DNA of 64,000 nt, from positions 3,286,001 through 3,350,000 of the forward strand of contig OX597819.1 in the NCBI GenBank assembly GCA_951406725.2, in the 5' to 3' direction. This document shows positions 12,698 to 27,005 of this stretch, piece by piece; position 1 is the stretch's first letter; every line of letters begins with the position of its first letter. The notes beneath the pieces are model-generated. The model had not been told where the DNA came from and searched no databases. It worked only from the letters and a program-made list of their open reading frames with translations. The translations under genes and the position numbers were made by a program. The stretch is from Octopus vulgaris (lineage: Eukaryota).

Positions 12698-14879
12698 ATA
12701 TATATATATATATGTATGCATGCACATATTTATATTTAATGTGTACATTTACCTGTATATATAGTGTATACATATGGTGGGGAAGGTTTGATAGAGTGCA
12801 GAGGAAGGGCTCAGTGAGTGTATAGTCATAAACAATGATTTTAGAACATCTCTTTAACTGTGGCAGATGGGTTTTCTCAAGCGTAATGAATCATCAATCA
12901 TCTCAATCTTTTATCTTCTCTGTAAAACTCAGCATTTTGAGATCAGTCGTCAGTAGTTAGTCCTATGTATTCATAAGTATACATATGCGTATATGTATAT
13001 TTCAATAAAAACAAACATAATTGGTGTCTTTGTTTTATGTACATGTATGTGTTTCTCAAGCCAATTGTCATTGTTATGCAAGACGATTGGCCTGTTGTAT
13101 AATCTGAGTTTCCTCTTCAGTATTATTACTGAGTAAGTAAGCCAAGTGGTTTGTGCAGCAGGCTAATAGGTTGCATAAAAGCGACGATTGGCTTTTGGAA
13201 ACGTGCACATTATCTAAAGATTTAAAATGCAATTATGTTTTCTGGTTTTATTAATGCATGATATGACTCAAACTCTGTACACTAGCCTATCCAGAGATGT
13301 GTTATTGATAACATGCAGTGCCTTCCAGGACACTTTAAATTTTATTTATACATATGTGTGTGTGTGTAAACAAGGACATCCAGCTGCAGAAAATCTGCCT
13401 CAACAAATTTTATCTGATCCATGTAAGCATAGAAAAGTGGGCATTTAATTATGATGATGTACACATGCACATCATATTAATATCTATAAGCAAATACACA
13501 GACACACACATGCTCACGCAGGTACCACTGTCAGTTTCTCACTATACTATGAACATTCTTTCCTCCTTGAACTTTGTACCTGTTGTATAACCTCTCCAGA
13601 CTTATCAGTGTTCTGTTTTGTTTTTAGATTTCTTCTCTCACAGAACTGAAAGAATTTTTTTCTTATATCAATGTTGTATCTAATTAATTTCCTTTCAACT
13701 TTTCTATTTTCTGAGCACTTCTTATCTCTTCCTGAACTTGAACCTTTCCTCTCTTTCTCACTTCTCTTGTTCAGTTTCCACATTTTCCTTCCTTCTATTT
13801 ATACACTTTACACATCTCTGTGTGCCTCACCACTTTTCTTCTTAGAGAACCAACATTTTTGTATCTGTATTTCAATTCTACGTTTTCCCAATTTTCCCAA
13901 TTTTTCTTTTCTTACTTTTCTCTCCCGTCCCTGAACTCCCTCTTTTCCCCCTCTTTTCTTCCATTATTCATGCTGTTCTTTCATGCAGTAACATCTCACA
14001 CCCATATCCTTGCATATACTTTGATCACCCCACCCATGTTTCTTTTGCTCTTCCTTTTAATTTGTGCCTGCTCCCACCTACATACACTCACCACTAATGC
14101 TCTCATCATCACCATCATTTAATATTTGATTTCCATGTTGGCCTGAGTTGGATGATTTGAGTGGATCCAATTGACAGGAGCACTGCATTCTGATCAGTGT
14201 CTGCTCTGGCACAGTTTCTTCAGTTGGATGCTCTTCCTAATGCCGACCACTTTGCAGATGATTGAATGTCTTTTGTTTTTGTTTTTTTTTGTTGGCACCA
14301 ACACTAGTGAGGTTGCTATGTAGCTTGCAAGACTAAAATCCTCATCAACTCAGTTGAGAGTTGGAAATGTATAAAGGTGAATGTAGTAAATAGTGGAGGG
14401 ATGATGAATGATGAGTTTAATTTTGGGGAAGTTGGTGGGGTGTAGATGCTGATTTGCACTAAAGTAGGGAGAAGTGCAGCAGGATGGTAATAATACAGTA
14501 GACAGGAGAATGATCAGTGAAAGGGAGATGTAAGAATGATTGAAGAGAAAGATGTGGTGTGTAGGGAAAGTGAGAGATGTATGGTGACATGGGTAAGTGA
14601 AGAGGGAGTGATAATTTGGTAGCCTAGATGAGTGGAGTGAACAAAGTAAAATGTGAAATAGAGAGGGACAATGTGATGAATAAAGGATGGATGTCAAGTG
14701 AAGTGGTTCCAGATAGTGAGAAAGATAACTGGTACCACAAACAAATGACAAAAATATGTAGTTCTGCCCTTATTTTACAGTAATAAAATCTTGCAGTTAG
14801 GCAAGTGATTAGTAATAGGAAATGAAGAGGAAGGATGAAGAAATTAGGTGTGAGGTGCAATTGTGTGTGTAGATATTGT

Positions 14880-16440
14880 GCTTCCAGAATTTCAGTTTTT
14901 ACGAGATGGGTGAGTTCTGTTTGTCATCTCCTTGAAGTTCTAAGTCCTGAGATCAGCTTTCACCACTTTCACCTCTGTCTTCTTGGGTTTCCACCTTAAA
15001 TGAGTGGCACCTCTTTATACAGCTGTTCTTATCTATATGCATCACATGGCCACAGCAGCACAGACAAATGCTCAAAACTTAAAATTCTTTTTTTGCCCTA
15101 TTTTTCTCTCAACATATTTTGTGCTTTATCATTAATGCACACTGACTTTTCACATCTAATGGAGCATACTAGCTTCATTTCTTTTTAGTCTTTGCATGTC
15201 CTTTGCACCTAGAGCCCACATCCCTCTGCTATGTAGCATTGCTGTGCATACACAAGAGTCATAAAATCTGCCCTTCACTTTGCAAATGAACCATTTTTTT
15301 AACAACAGCAGTAATAGCTTCCTGCACTTTTTCTATCAACTATACTTTCAGAACAACCTCTTTTGCTGCTAATTAGGTCATTTAGATAACAGAAGTTGCT
15401 ACTTCTAGGTAGTAGATAGGGATCCTTCTGAGCAGTTTAGAAAATTTATCTGCTGCATACAATGTTTACTTTCTCTGTTAACCTGCCTGTGTTATCACTA
15501 CACCTTTTGTATGTCCACAGTTTGCATTAAGTACACTATAAAATTTCTATCAACTCCTTCCTTCTGTCTGTTTTCTACTTACTAAAATTTTGGTCTTTGC
15601 TAAGTTAATTTTGAGGCCTCTTGATTACAGATTTAGTTATAAGAACAAGGTCCTCAGTATTTAGCAGTTCCCATGGGAAACTAGTCTTAAACTCCTCTGT
15701 TATGGCTTGAGAGACTATGATAAAGGAGAAAGCTCAGAACTGAACCCAGACAAACTCCTTGCGCATTAAATTCATTGCTATGTCCATTGACTCTTATCTT
15801 ACACCTCTGTACATAGCTTGTGTCTTTCACAAGCCACTTGTCTACCTTTAGCTTCCTAAGTGACCACCAAATCAGAGAGTGAGGCACTCTGTTCAAAACT
15901 TTCTCTTCGTCATCAAATACTAAGTACAGGGGCTTACTTTTAGCCAAGACCTGCTGCTGTCTCAATCAGAAGAGGGCATCTGTAATATTTTTTCTTGACA
16001 CAAAACCAAACTGCATTTCATTTAGATTAATTGTTTCTCTAATCAATTGAGCTTATAACTCTTTTTGTAACTTTCATGAATTAGTCCAGTAATTTAATAT
16101 CACTGTAATTCTATCTAAGGCACCTCCTTTACTCTTGTAGCAGTTGACTATACTGCTGTTATGTTAGTCATTTGGTATGACATCTTCTTGTACAACCTGA
16201 CTGACTAAGCAGGTAACTAAGGCTATATCCTGCACTACTATTTATTTTAAGTATCAGTAATTCCTGAAGGCCCTGAGGCTTTTCCTGCTTCCATTTACTT
16301 AATTGCTTTTATCAAGCTGTTGCCAACTATAATGGCTGGTCCCATGTTGGGGCAACTTTCATTTTCCTGTGCATCCTTTACATTTGATAAACTTTCATAG
16401 TAGTACTTCAATACCTGTAACTTTCCAAAGTCATTAAGCC
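14880..16440 (-). mobile_element. Decayed RTE LINE reverse transcriptase region
   Basis: Minus-strand frames give GSVLS..LL, LQAITEEFKTSFPWELLNTEDLVLI and DxEKxxxRVPxSLIWWSLRKL, with many stops and frameshifts. Confidence 0.75.
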
Positions 16441-18538
16441 TCTCTCTCACATATGTACGTATGTACATACATACGTATGATGGTTATAAACAAATGTCAC
16501 CATCAGATATACAGTGTTCCTCATCTCTAACCTTCCAGAAAACCTATCTGGTCATAACCAAGTATTACTTTACTTGGAAACTGGTAAGGTTGGCTACAGG
16601 AAGGGCATCTGGCTATATAAAGTCTGCCTCAACAAATTCCATTTGACCTATGCAAAACCTAATCTTTATTTTTTTTTTAACAGGACTTCTCTTTACCTAA
16701 TACCAGATATATGCTACCTTCCCAGCCTGATTTAATGTAGATGGTTGCCATTTCTGTGATGGCAACACTATCACTAATTGAATGATGTATGAATGTTCTG
16801 TCTCTGAAGAAATGATATTGCAATTTTACTATATAATTTACATTAAATAACTAATCATTTTTTGTTAATGAAATGTATGTAAGATGGTGTAACTAAATAT
16901 TTTATAAATCTATTTTGTCATATCATCATCATCATCGTTTAGCATCCGTTTTCCATGCTAGCATGGGTTAGATGGTTCAACTGGGGTCTGAGAAGCCAGA
17001 AGGCTGCACCAGGCCCAGTCTGATCTGGCAATGTTTCTACAGCTGGATGCCCTTCCTAACGCCAACCACTGGCAACGGCCATGTTTGGATGGTTCTCTTA
17101 CGTGCCACCGGCACTGGTATCACAGCTACAATTTCCATTGATGTTGATCGATTTTGATATATATATATATATGCTTACATATCTACTTTCTCATTCAGTT
17201 TGTTTCAGTTTTAAATATAAATAAAAATACTGAAATTCACTGCACATTTACACAATGGAAATTCTTTTCTTGAATTCTGTTGCACCATATTAAGTTTGCA
17301 TATTATAAATGAGTGATGTTATACAAGAGTAGGTATGTTATTAGATTGTTGCCTGCTGTAGTTACTAACTACATACATTGAGTTTGTTTCCTGTTGTGCT
17401 GTTCCCACAGTTGAGAAGGAATCTAATTGTTAAAGACCTTTTTCTCAATGAAAGTGAGTTAGCTGTATGCAAACAAAGCTACTGAAACAGAACCTACACG
17501 AAGCCTCAGATACAGTTTAGAAAATATTTTTAAAAAGTTACCATTTCATTACATATTATTTTCAAAGACTTACCCATATGCTCTTTAGTAGAAATCTTCT
17601 TCAGAATGAATCTTTTCTACTTAATGGTGTGTGATTTGGCAAAAGCAATAATTATCAGAGTAAAATCTTTTGTGTCATTTAGTTTTATCACTTCATGTTT
17701 TTTATATTTTAGTTCAAAACTTCCTTTTTTTTTTTTGTCTTAAGGCTGATGACCTTGTGTCGATATTATCATTTTCTCATAGAACTAATTGAACTGGTTT
17801 TTTCTCATCTTAGTTATTTTTATCATATGCATAAATAAATTTTATACAGTACAGTGTTTATGCCTGATTATATCAGATTAAACTGTGCATATTAGTAAAT
17901 GTTAAAGCGACAGTGTTTCTTTGTTTTATTCATGCCTTAAAGCTGAAATGGTTGACCTTGCTTATATCATTCATGTTTGGTATTTATGTTTGTTCAGTCT
18001 GTCTTTAAACAATAATGATATACTAACAGCTAGGAAATTTGAACTTTATTACATTGCTGTTGTCATGCTTTGCATTTTAAATGAGATTGCTAATTGAAAC
18101 ATAATAGTTTCTTAATGTCCATTTTAGTTTCTTATTTTTAAATTTGTATATTCACAAAATAGTTGATAGAGAATGTCTGCATTTTATTTTTCAAACTTTT
18201 GCAAAACATTTCCTAACTTTCTGAATTAAAAAAAAACAAACTAAGAATAAAACAATTTAAAATTTATCTCATAACTTGTTAGTTTGGTGATATTCTGTTG
18301 CATGCCAGCATCAGAAATGTTTATGGAAGTGAGATTAAAGATTGGAGATTAAAGATTGGAACTTGCTAACACACAAATAGACAAAAGTGTTTATTTGTAT
18401 TTTGATGTAAATTTCATCAGTTCCAAAGTGTTGTCTCTTTACTTGATGACTTAGTTTTATAATTGGAGTAGTGAAGTCAATATTTCCAAAATTGGTATTT
18501 TACTATGTTATTTATAATAAAAGCAGATATTACGAGTT

Positions 18539-19874
18539 CTAGCAAATCCACCCATCTACGATGGAGGCATAAAATGAAGGAGAGAAGTCATAGCAGTAAT
18601 ATGTTTTGAGAGAAGTGTAAATGGACTTGAGAGATTACTGGGTGTTGTCTTAGGGAAATCACATTATTGTTGCTGATACAGCATTCTATTGCAGCTATAC
18701 GACATGTGTTTGCGACTAAGTGACATGCGATGACGATTCATTCCAGAACTGAACTAGGCTCCAGCCTCTGTATCATTATGTGGACCACTCCCAATGAAAG
18801 CCATAGCTTTCCTTTACTACTTAAAAAAGTATTAAGAAAAAAATTTATTTAGATATACTTTTAACTTAGTTCTTTACACTATTTTATGCTTGTTTACAAA
18901 TTTCACAAATTTCCTTATGAAGCGTATTCCCTTCGATAATATCAATATGATTACAAAACTTTTTTGTAGATGATATTTTCTGTTTGGTTGACACTACTTT
19001 TCAAATTACTGGAGTCCATTGCACTACTCAAAGCAACGTATAATTGGCCAAAGTTTGACCCTGTGCCTTAATTGCTGTGAATGTACGAGTGGCATCTTTA
19101 GGGTTGCAAAAAATCAAACTATCACTGTTTTATGTGAATAATGTCTGGATGTTCTGGTACCATGGGTTATTTTGATTGACAGAACTGAGATGTAAACAAC
19201 TGCTGCTTCGATTAGCCGTTTTGAATCCTGCTTGAGACTGACACACTTCAATAACCACTAAATAATCACACACATTTTTTCCATTTTATTTTTGCTATTA
19301 ACCGTCCTCGCAACTCCCTTCGTATCTATGATGGGGTTAGGAGTTACTCTTGGTCGGTTAATTTTTAATAAAAATGCGAAGGTGGTTTATCAATTCAAAA
19401 ATCGATATCCATGAAATAATCATACTTTCTGATTTTTTACTACTAAAAACCTTCCTGATGATCGTCTTTGTAATCCCGAAAAATATCATAACCATTAGTC
19501 CAGCTGTCTGGCTGTGAAGAGGGAACAGACAGACGGATATAATGCCCATTATAGTAAGATAGCAAATCTACCCATCTATGATGAGAAATAAAGGGATGGT
19601 ATCACAAATCTAAACCCTCTAAATTTATGAACTATATTGGAGTGGGAAATCCAGAGTTAATCCTCGTTGCCGGAATTTTAACAAAAAAAAAATCATAGGT
19701 GATTTATTAGTACAAAACTCATTATCCACTAATCATACTTTTCCACATTTTTTTTCACTAAAAGCCTTCCTGATTACCTCCTTTGTAATCTCGAAAAACA
19801 TCGTGACCATTGGTCCAGATGTTTGACCGTGAAAAGAGAACAGATAGACGGACACAACGCCCATTATAGTAAGA
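18539..19874 (-). mobile_element. Two tandem non-autonomous Helitron-like elements (18539-19559 and 19560-19874)
   Basis: Minus-strand 5' TCTTACTATAATGGGC at both 19559 and 19874; 3' hairpin CCATCtacGATGG plus CTAG at 18539; partial third copy about 20690-20865. Confidence 0.6.
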
Positions 19875-22252
19875 TATAATATTGACTGCCTTTTACTGCA
19901 TAAATTCTAAGTGCTAAGATATTTCATTAGTTACAGCATGTGCACATAAGTTTAGTGTTATTTTGACTTAATATTTACATTGCAATTATTTGGTTTACGA
20001 AAATTTCAGACCAGTCTTGTGTATGTGGTGGATAGTAGCTAACATTTACTATTTGAGCATTTTAACATTGTATACATAAGGGTATCCATTTGATAGATTA
20101 CACAGATTCAGTGGTACCCTGAGCATTTAATAAATCTTGAAAAATCTTTTGAAAATAATTTTTTTAATTTTAAACTCTTGCCGAATTTGTTTTACATGTT
20201 GAAGAAGCTAAATTCAGCATTAGTCTATGATCAATAGCTATAACTAGTTTTTTTTTTTGTTTTTGTCTCTTGCTGGACAATATCCAGTGTGTCTGTTCAC
20301 AACCAGCCATATTTTTTAGACTACATTATCTTGGATGTTCTTACGAGTGGGGTATTTGCTTTTTTTAGCAGTTCAAGAAACTACTTTAGGCATTCTTAGT
20401 GAAATTTATATTCCCTTTCATTTGAGCTGTGCAGACTGGAGTAAAACTTCAGTGTTATTTTGTTATGAGACAAGAGTAAAATATGAATTGAAATGTACTA
20501 GAAATTTATTGAATATAAAACATGTGTAGAAATATTGCTGATGTGATGGATAGCGAATTTTGTCATGAAGATAATATCAAATTGTGTCTTAATAATAAAA
20601 CGCATGCAAGAGAGAGGGCATGTCATTGATGAGGTCACAAATAGTGATGAAAGGACTTTGACAAACAAACAATTAGCTTGTTGGTTAGATAATCACAATC
20701 GTACTTTCTGATTTTTGTAATGCCAAAAACCTTCCTGATGATCGTCTTTGTAATCCCGAAAAATATCGTAACCATTGGTCCAGCCATCTGGCTGTGAAGA
20801 GGGAACAGACAAAGTGATGGACAGACCGACGGACATAACCGATTGACTGACAGTAAAGAAGTGATATAATGAGTTCCCACCCTCCCAGAACCTTGCAAAC
20901 CCAATACAAAAATTAAGTTAACGTCTAAGTTTGAGATTTTAGCTTTAGTATTTAAGGCAGAGGATTGACAGAATCATTATTAGAATATCAGTCAAAATGT
21001 CTTACGGTGTTTAGTTACAGCTCTTCATCTTCTGGGTACCTTTTGTATTTCTATGCTTGATAAAATAAAGTACCTGTCAAGTAATGGAGGTAAAATATAA
21101 TCAACTGTTTTCTTCCCTTAAATTTTTGTCCTTCTGATTAACAAATTAATGTCATTGATGTTGGAAGAAAATATATTTAGCTAGCGATAGTACTTAGAGC
21201 ACTGTTCAAGTAAAAATTGATATTTTTAAGGGTAAAAATTATCTCAAACCAAATTGAAGTAATCTTGAAACAATTTTTTACTCATTAGATAATACCATCA
21301 AATCATATTTTTGATGCCTGCAGTTTATTTTTGAATGGCAATACTTCTTGAATAGGTATCAAAGTATATTTGGGAAATAAAGAACAGTTATTCTGGCTGT
21401 AAATGCATTTGCTTCAGTGAAATCATTCTTTCATAAAGATGATTTGCTATAGTTTGTTGAATCAGTTAATCCATAAATTGAATGTGAAAACTCTTTAATG
21501 TTAATCATGGATATTCATTGAACCACTCTACTATTGACTCCATATTTATGTTCTACATTTTATGACACTTTTACTATGAAAATGTAATGCACAGTTTCTG
21601 TCTACCTAAATTATATGCTGTTGTCTTATGTGCTGCAGCGATTGTTTTCCAATCTTCTTGCTCAGTGGCAGACGGCACATGCATATGTTTCAAGTGCAGA
21701 CTTCATATAAGCCTCTCTCCTTGCTTCCCTGTTGGATGCTGTGTGTAATACCAGTACTTGTAGCTAAGACACACTTGTTACTTAAGGGCTAACTTTATCA
21801 ATCATAATATAGTATCTTTTATCTTGTGCATGTGTGCAATGTGATCTGATCAGAGCTGTACAGTTGGTACACAATTTCCAAATAACTCTGTAGTTTATGG
21901 TATCTTCGATTCTTCTATTTGTAATTGACTAACTGTATATAACATGTACAACCAATATTCATCTTCAGGCTACTGTTAAGCACCCTAGCCTTTCAAAGAT
22001 TGGTTTTAAAAGTGACTGGTACGATGTTAGGACTTCTTTATATTTATCAAATACTACACAAACAATTAATCATAAGAACATTTATTGCTGTTTATATGAA
22101 CTTCTATTTTAACTGTTAAATTTCTCTATAGCTTGTGTGTTATTTTTTAAGAATGCCTTACCATTTTTAACATTGTGATGCATTGGTTTTCTTTACTACT
22201 GTTATATATCACTGATATTCTGATCAAGGATATTTGTCTTTCAATGTTAGAG

Positions 22253-22620
22253 GCATTGGCATAGCTGTGTGCTTAAGAGGTTTGCTTTCTAACCATATGG
22301 TTTTGGAGTCAGTCCCAGATCAAAGCTTTGTGAATGAAATTAATAGACAGAAGCTGAAAGGAACTTGTGTTTGAGTGTGTGTATGTGTGTGTGTCTGTTT
22401 CCTTACTTTGATAGTTGTAAACGAGTTCCCCTTCTATACCAGTAATACCTTTCATTTCCAATCTTCTGTGAAAACATGTCTGACTGTAGGGTAACATTAT
22501 TTATTTGGAAACAGGTTAGGGTAGGCAACAGGTAGAGCATCCAGTTGCAGAAGATTTACTTCAACGAATTCCATCTGACCGATGCAATCATGGAAAAGTG
22601 GTTGTTAAAATGATGATGAT
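22253..22620 (+). mobile_element. tRNA-SINE with RTE-type (GAT)n tail
   Basis: Head is homologous to the SINE at 31483; the 3' part ends catggaaaagtggttgttaaaatgatgatgat like the RTE tail. Similar copy at about 11260-11588. Confidence 0.65.
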
Positions 22621-25600
22621 TTTTAAATGTTATTGACTTCTATGCACAAGTAATTCTATTAATTGATTTTGTGGCTTTTAGCATTTGATTTTTATTGTTA
22701 TATTAACTGATGATAGGTAAAAACAAAATCTTCTGGCGTTTGAACTCAGAATTGTGTGCTACATAATTAGATGTTGTAGAATATCTTATTTGGCTCTTTG
22801 CCAATTCTACCAGCTCTGTTGAGCTCAGTGTATAATTATTAAAGATTTCTGATTTAGACACAATACCATATTTTGTCAAAAGGGTTCTACAGTTGATTAA
22901 ATCAAATCCAGTACTTAATCAGTACTTATTTTAATTAACCCCTTAAGGATTAAGACATTGAAGGTAGGATTTGATCTTTGAACATAAAGAGATGTAACTA
23001 AATGCTACTATATATTTGGTTTGCTGTTCTACTGCTCAAATTCACTCCATAAAATGTCTCGTAAAAAGCATTGATTTCTTTCATATTAAAATCTATACAC
23101 TCACAAAAATTTACCCCCTTAACATTTTTACTTAGTTTACGGACAATTGTGTAAATTTCAACACGGGCAGTAATTATTTCCTAAAATTCCTATTGCAATC
23201 TTTCATCCTCAAAACACACTTAATGATTCACTCCATGCTGAAAGAATTATAAGGTATTAATGGTCATAACAATAAACTACAAAATAGCTAGCATGATTGT
23301 ACAGTTTAATTAGAAACAAAATAACAACCAGTTCTCTACATCAAATTGAAACAGAAATCTATATCCTCTCCACCAAAGTAAATGACTGAATATCTACATA
23401 CTGTGAATCTGCTTTGTCAGGGTTGATCTGAGCCTAACACTGTATAAATGAAAAGTTTCTGAGTAGAAAAAGAGTCAGTTTTGCAATGGCTTGGTATCAA
23501 AATTATTGGTGAGGTACATAATCTTTTCAACTGAAAAGAAATGAAAACATTTCTAAATTTTGTGGTGCAGTAGGTAGCTGACCTCTCTTATGATACCTAT
23601 GTATGCCTAGGTTGAATGTTAAAGTAGAATGTTCTGTTGCCCAAGCCATTTGTGACTCACTAGACTTTTAGACGGAATTAAACAACCTAATGTCTCTGCC
23701 TTTCTCAAGATGATTAGTTACCTGTTAGTAGATAAGTGAAATGGATAGGACTGGAAATTGAAATAGGATTGTGAATTGTTCTGTATTGATCTCCTCTCCA
23801 GTGAGGGTAATAATTTCATATAGGTACAAACCCACAGGACAGAAATGCTACTATTTGTAAATTAGTGGTATATATATAAAAATTCGCTTCAGCTTGAAAT
23901 TAGCCATAACATTACTCTTATTCTGTAATACTTTTCATTGTTATTCAACTATAACACTGTATTTTCTAAATATATATATTCTATCTCTATAACAACCTTT
24001 TGCTTCTCTGAACCAGTCAACTGTATATGGTCGTTTTGCATAACCACTTTTCCTAATGTTTTGTACTAGAATTCCTTCTGGTATTCCTTCATGTTCACAT
24101 AATCCCTGCACATATTAATCCACAGATATTTAAATTGAACATCAATTTCACCAGTTCCAGAAAACCCCAAAAGGTGATGATATACCCTCACACATTAAAC
24201 CATAGCATTCTTTTAAAAATCCAGTCTATAGCATCTATGGGCTGTTCCTAAGTGTTTGATTTTTCTCCCCTGTTGTATGTTCCCATTTGAGATGAGCTGA
24301 CCCAGACAACTAAGGACCTGTTTAAGAGTATACTGCATGAAGAAAAGAAAGCTCTGAACTGGAAATTCATTTAATTTCCAGTTGCATGGCGGACATTAGT
24401 TTCACCACCAAGTCTATAACTATTGTTTGTTCCCTGTCTTCTGTGAAAAGCATGCTTGGCTATGGGAAAAATATATGCTTGCTTGGAAATTAGTGAAGAT
24501 TGGCAAGAGGAAGGGCATCTGGCTATAGAAAATCTGCTACAACAAATTTCATCTGACCCATGGAAAAGTTGATGTTAAATGACGAGACTTTGCAATCCTC
24601 TGGTTTTTGTACCTGATTATGGATGACCCTTGTATTTTATATTTCAAATTTTGGGTAATTGAAATAGCTTCAGAAAACAAGCAAATAGTGCAAGAATTGC
24701 ATGCTAGAAAATTATTCACAAGTAGATGCGAATTGCATATTCTTGTGTAATTTCAAATACATCATCTCTTGGTATTGTTCAGTATAAAATGATCTAATTA
24801 GTGGACCAACATACATTTTTACATAATGAAGAAAAGTTTTAAGAAATAACATTATGTCATAGGTTCCAAGATGACTGTGTACCTCATGACAAATTTCAAG
24901 ATCCTTGCCTGTACACTTCACTGTAGTACTTACATTAGCATTCCATTGAATTAAGGTGTATCTTGTCTGTGTACATATGCAATAAACTATTGGTGTATTA
25001 AATGGTCTCTGTCCCTTGCATGAAGTAGTGGAAGTTGTGTGACTTACATTCTTTCCAAAGAATGTCAACTGTCACAAATATTCTGAGCTGACTGTCAAAT
25101 GGGATTTTGTGCTTGTGGTGCATATACCAGAATTTTAATTCACTGAATAATGTTAAATATTGCTGAAACCTTGAGCATTTTCCTAACAATTATATTCCTG
25201 TCAGGAACAAGTGTCTTTCAAACTCTGAAAATCTTTGTAAACAAAACGTAATTTCTTCTACATTTCTCTCTCAAATTTTAAACAAATTCATAAACAAAAC
25301 GTGCTTATTTACAATTATAGAAAGTCAAACAAGCAATAGAAAGAATTGTTTCTCTGGTACGGCACTTTTTATATGGAATAAGACTTCGGTAAATGCAGTG
25401 ATGCAATGTGTGGCTTCTAATTGTTCAGTAAAAGCTTTTTGATACAGTGTGCAGCACCTAATCATTTGAAAATAAACTTTTAGTTATTTTCTCATTAATT
25501 AAAAGCGATATTTTAGGAAGGTCTAAAGAGTAGGAGATAAGTGACTACTCTCCTAAAATAATCTGATTCTGCCTGCCTACCATTTTGTATAATAAGACCA

Positions 25601-26834
25601 CACATTTGAGGAAAGAATATCGATTCAACTGCAAGGTATTGGCTTTGAAAGGATGGAGGAGGCCACTTGCTGGATTTTAATCCAGAATGAAAACTAAACT
25701 AAATATCATTTTCAAATGTTGGCACATGGCCAGCAAGTTCAGGGGAAGGGGTAAATCAATTACATTGACTCCAGTGCTCAACTGATGCTTATTTTATTGA
25801 CCCTTGAAGGATGAAAGGCACAGTCAACTTAAACTAAATATCTTATCATAATACCACAATGTGTTTAGTTTAGTTTTTGTTATTCCAATGTCATAATAAT
25901 AATAATGGTGATTATAAAAAAAAAAACCTCCAAGAATATAGAGAAACATAAGTTTATGCAATATTTTAAAGCTTGTCAAACAATCTCTAATTTGGGAACT
26001 GAAAATCCTGTTTGCATTAAACAAAACTGAAATAGGGATCTTATGGATGTCCACAAAGAACACACAATAGAATCTGGATTTCAATTTTTTTTTTTTTTTG
26101 GCCTGCTTTCTAGCCCAAAATGATAAGACAATATAAATTTTGTTGTAAGTTGTCTTGTCAAACTTTATTTCAAACCAGGGTTATCTGCTAGTGCTAAATT
26201 TTAGATAAAATATTTTTGAAAATAATCATAGTGATGTAGAGAATAAGATCTTAAGGTAAAGAGAATTTCAGTAAGATTCTGTGATGAAATGAATACCCAG
26301 AAACTTTTCTTGAAATATGACCAAAAAGAAAGAATAATGGTATCTTTCAGACACCTGTCACTTCAAGAGGCTTTCACCTAAATGTATATGTTGCTTGCTG
26401 AGAGCAAAGGGAATCCTCATTTGTTAAAGGCATCTAATTAGCTGCTTGAATACAAAAGTTAGTTTTTATGAACTCCTTTTGTTGAGAACATAACTTGGGA
26501 TTTAGTTTCTTGACTGTTAGATTCTCTGGTATGAATGCCATCCTCTCCATTTCATTATAGTGTTCCTCAGCATATTTAAATTTTTCTGTTTCCTATTAGA
26601 ATTTTCCAGTTCACAATTAGGGCTTGTGAAAGCTGTAAAATTGCATTCAGCATTTCAACAGCTTTCCTCATCTGATGGGAATGCTTCAATCAAATTACAA
26701 AGAAATATACTTTTTCACTCTTTTTGCTTTTCAAAAATGATTTACCTCTCTGTTTTGCTTTACAGGTAAATCAAACAGTATTGCATTTATGCTGAGATGT
26801 TAAAATCTATTTGAATTTATTTTATGTAATTCAG

Positions 26835-27005
26835 ATTTCCATGGCCACGACTAAAGCCGTTGTTTGTTAAAAAGTTGGATTCAGTAATGCAGCAGTTTAA
26901 TGAAGAGTATCCAGCTGACCATTTGCTTATGTCTCCAAATGTAAAAAATGTTAAATTTGAAGAAATGAGAAATCGGATCATTAATGCTGTCAACAGATTT
27001 CATGG
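26835..27005 (+). CDS. PPP4R2: PPP4R2 exon 3 (FPWPRLKPLFVKKLDSVMQQF...PNVKNVKFEEMRNRIINAVNRFHG)
   Basis: TCAG acceptor at 26831-26834; GTAAG donor at 27006; 171 nt, phase 2-2, open frame with PNV..FxEMxxRI motif. Confidence 0.95.

Noticed and set aside
22174-22227. C/D box snoRNA
   Set aside because: Imperfect C box, too short, and no identifiable guide sequence.
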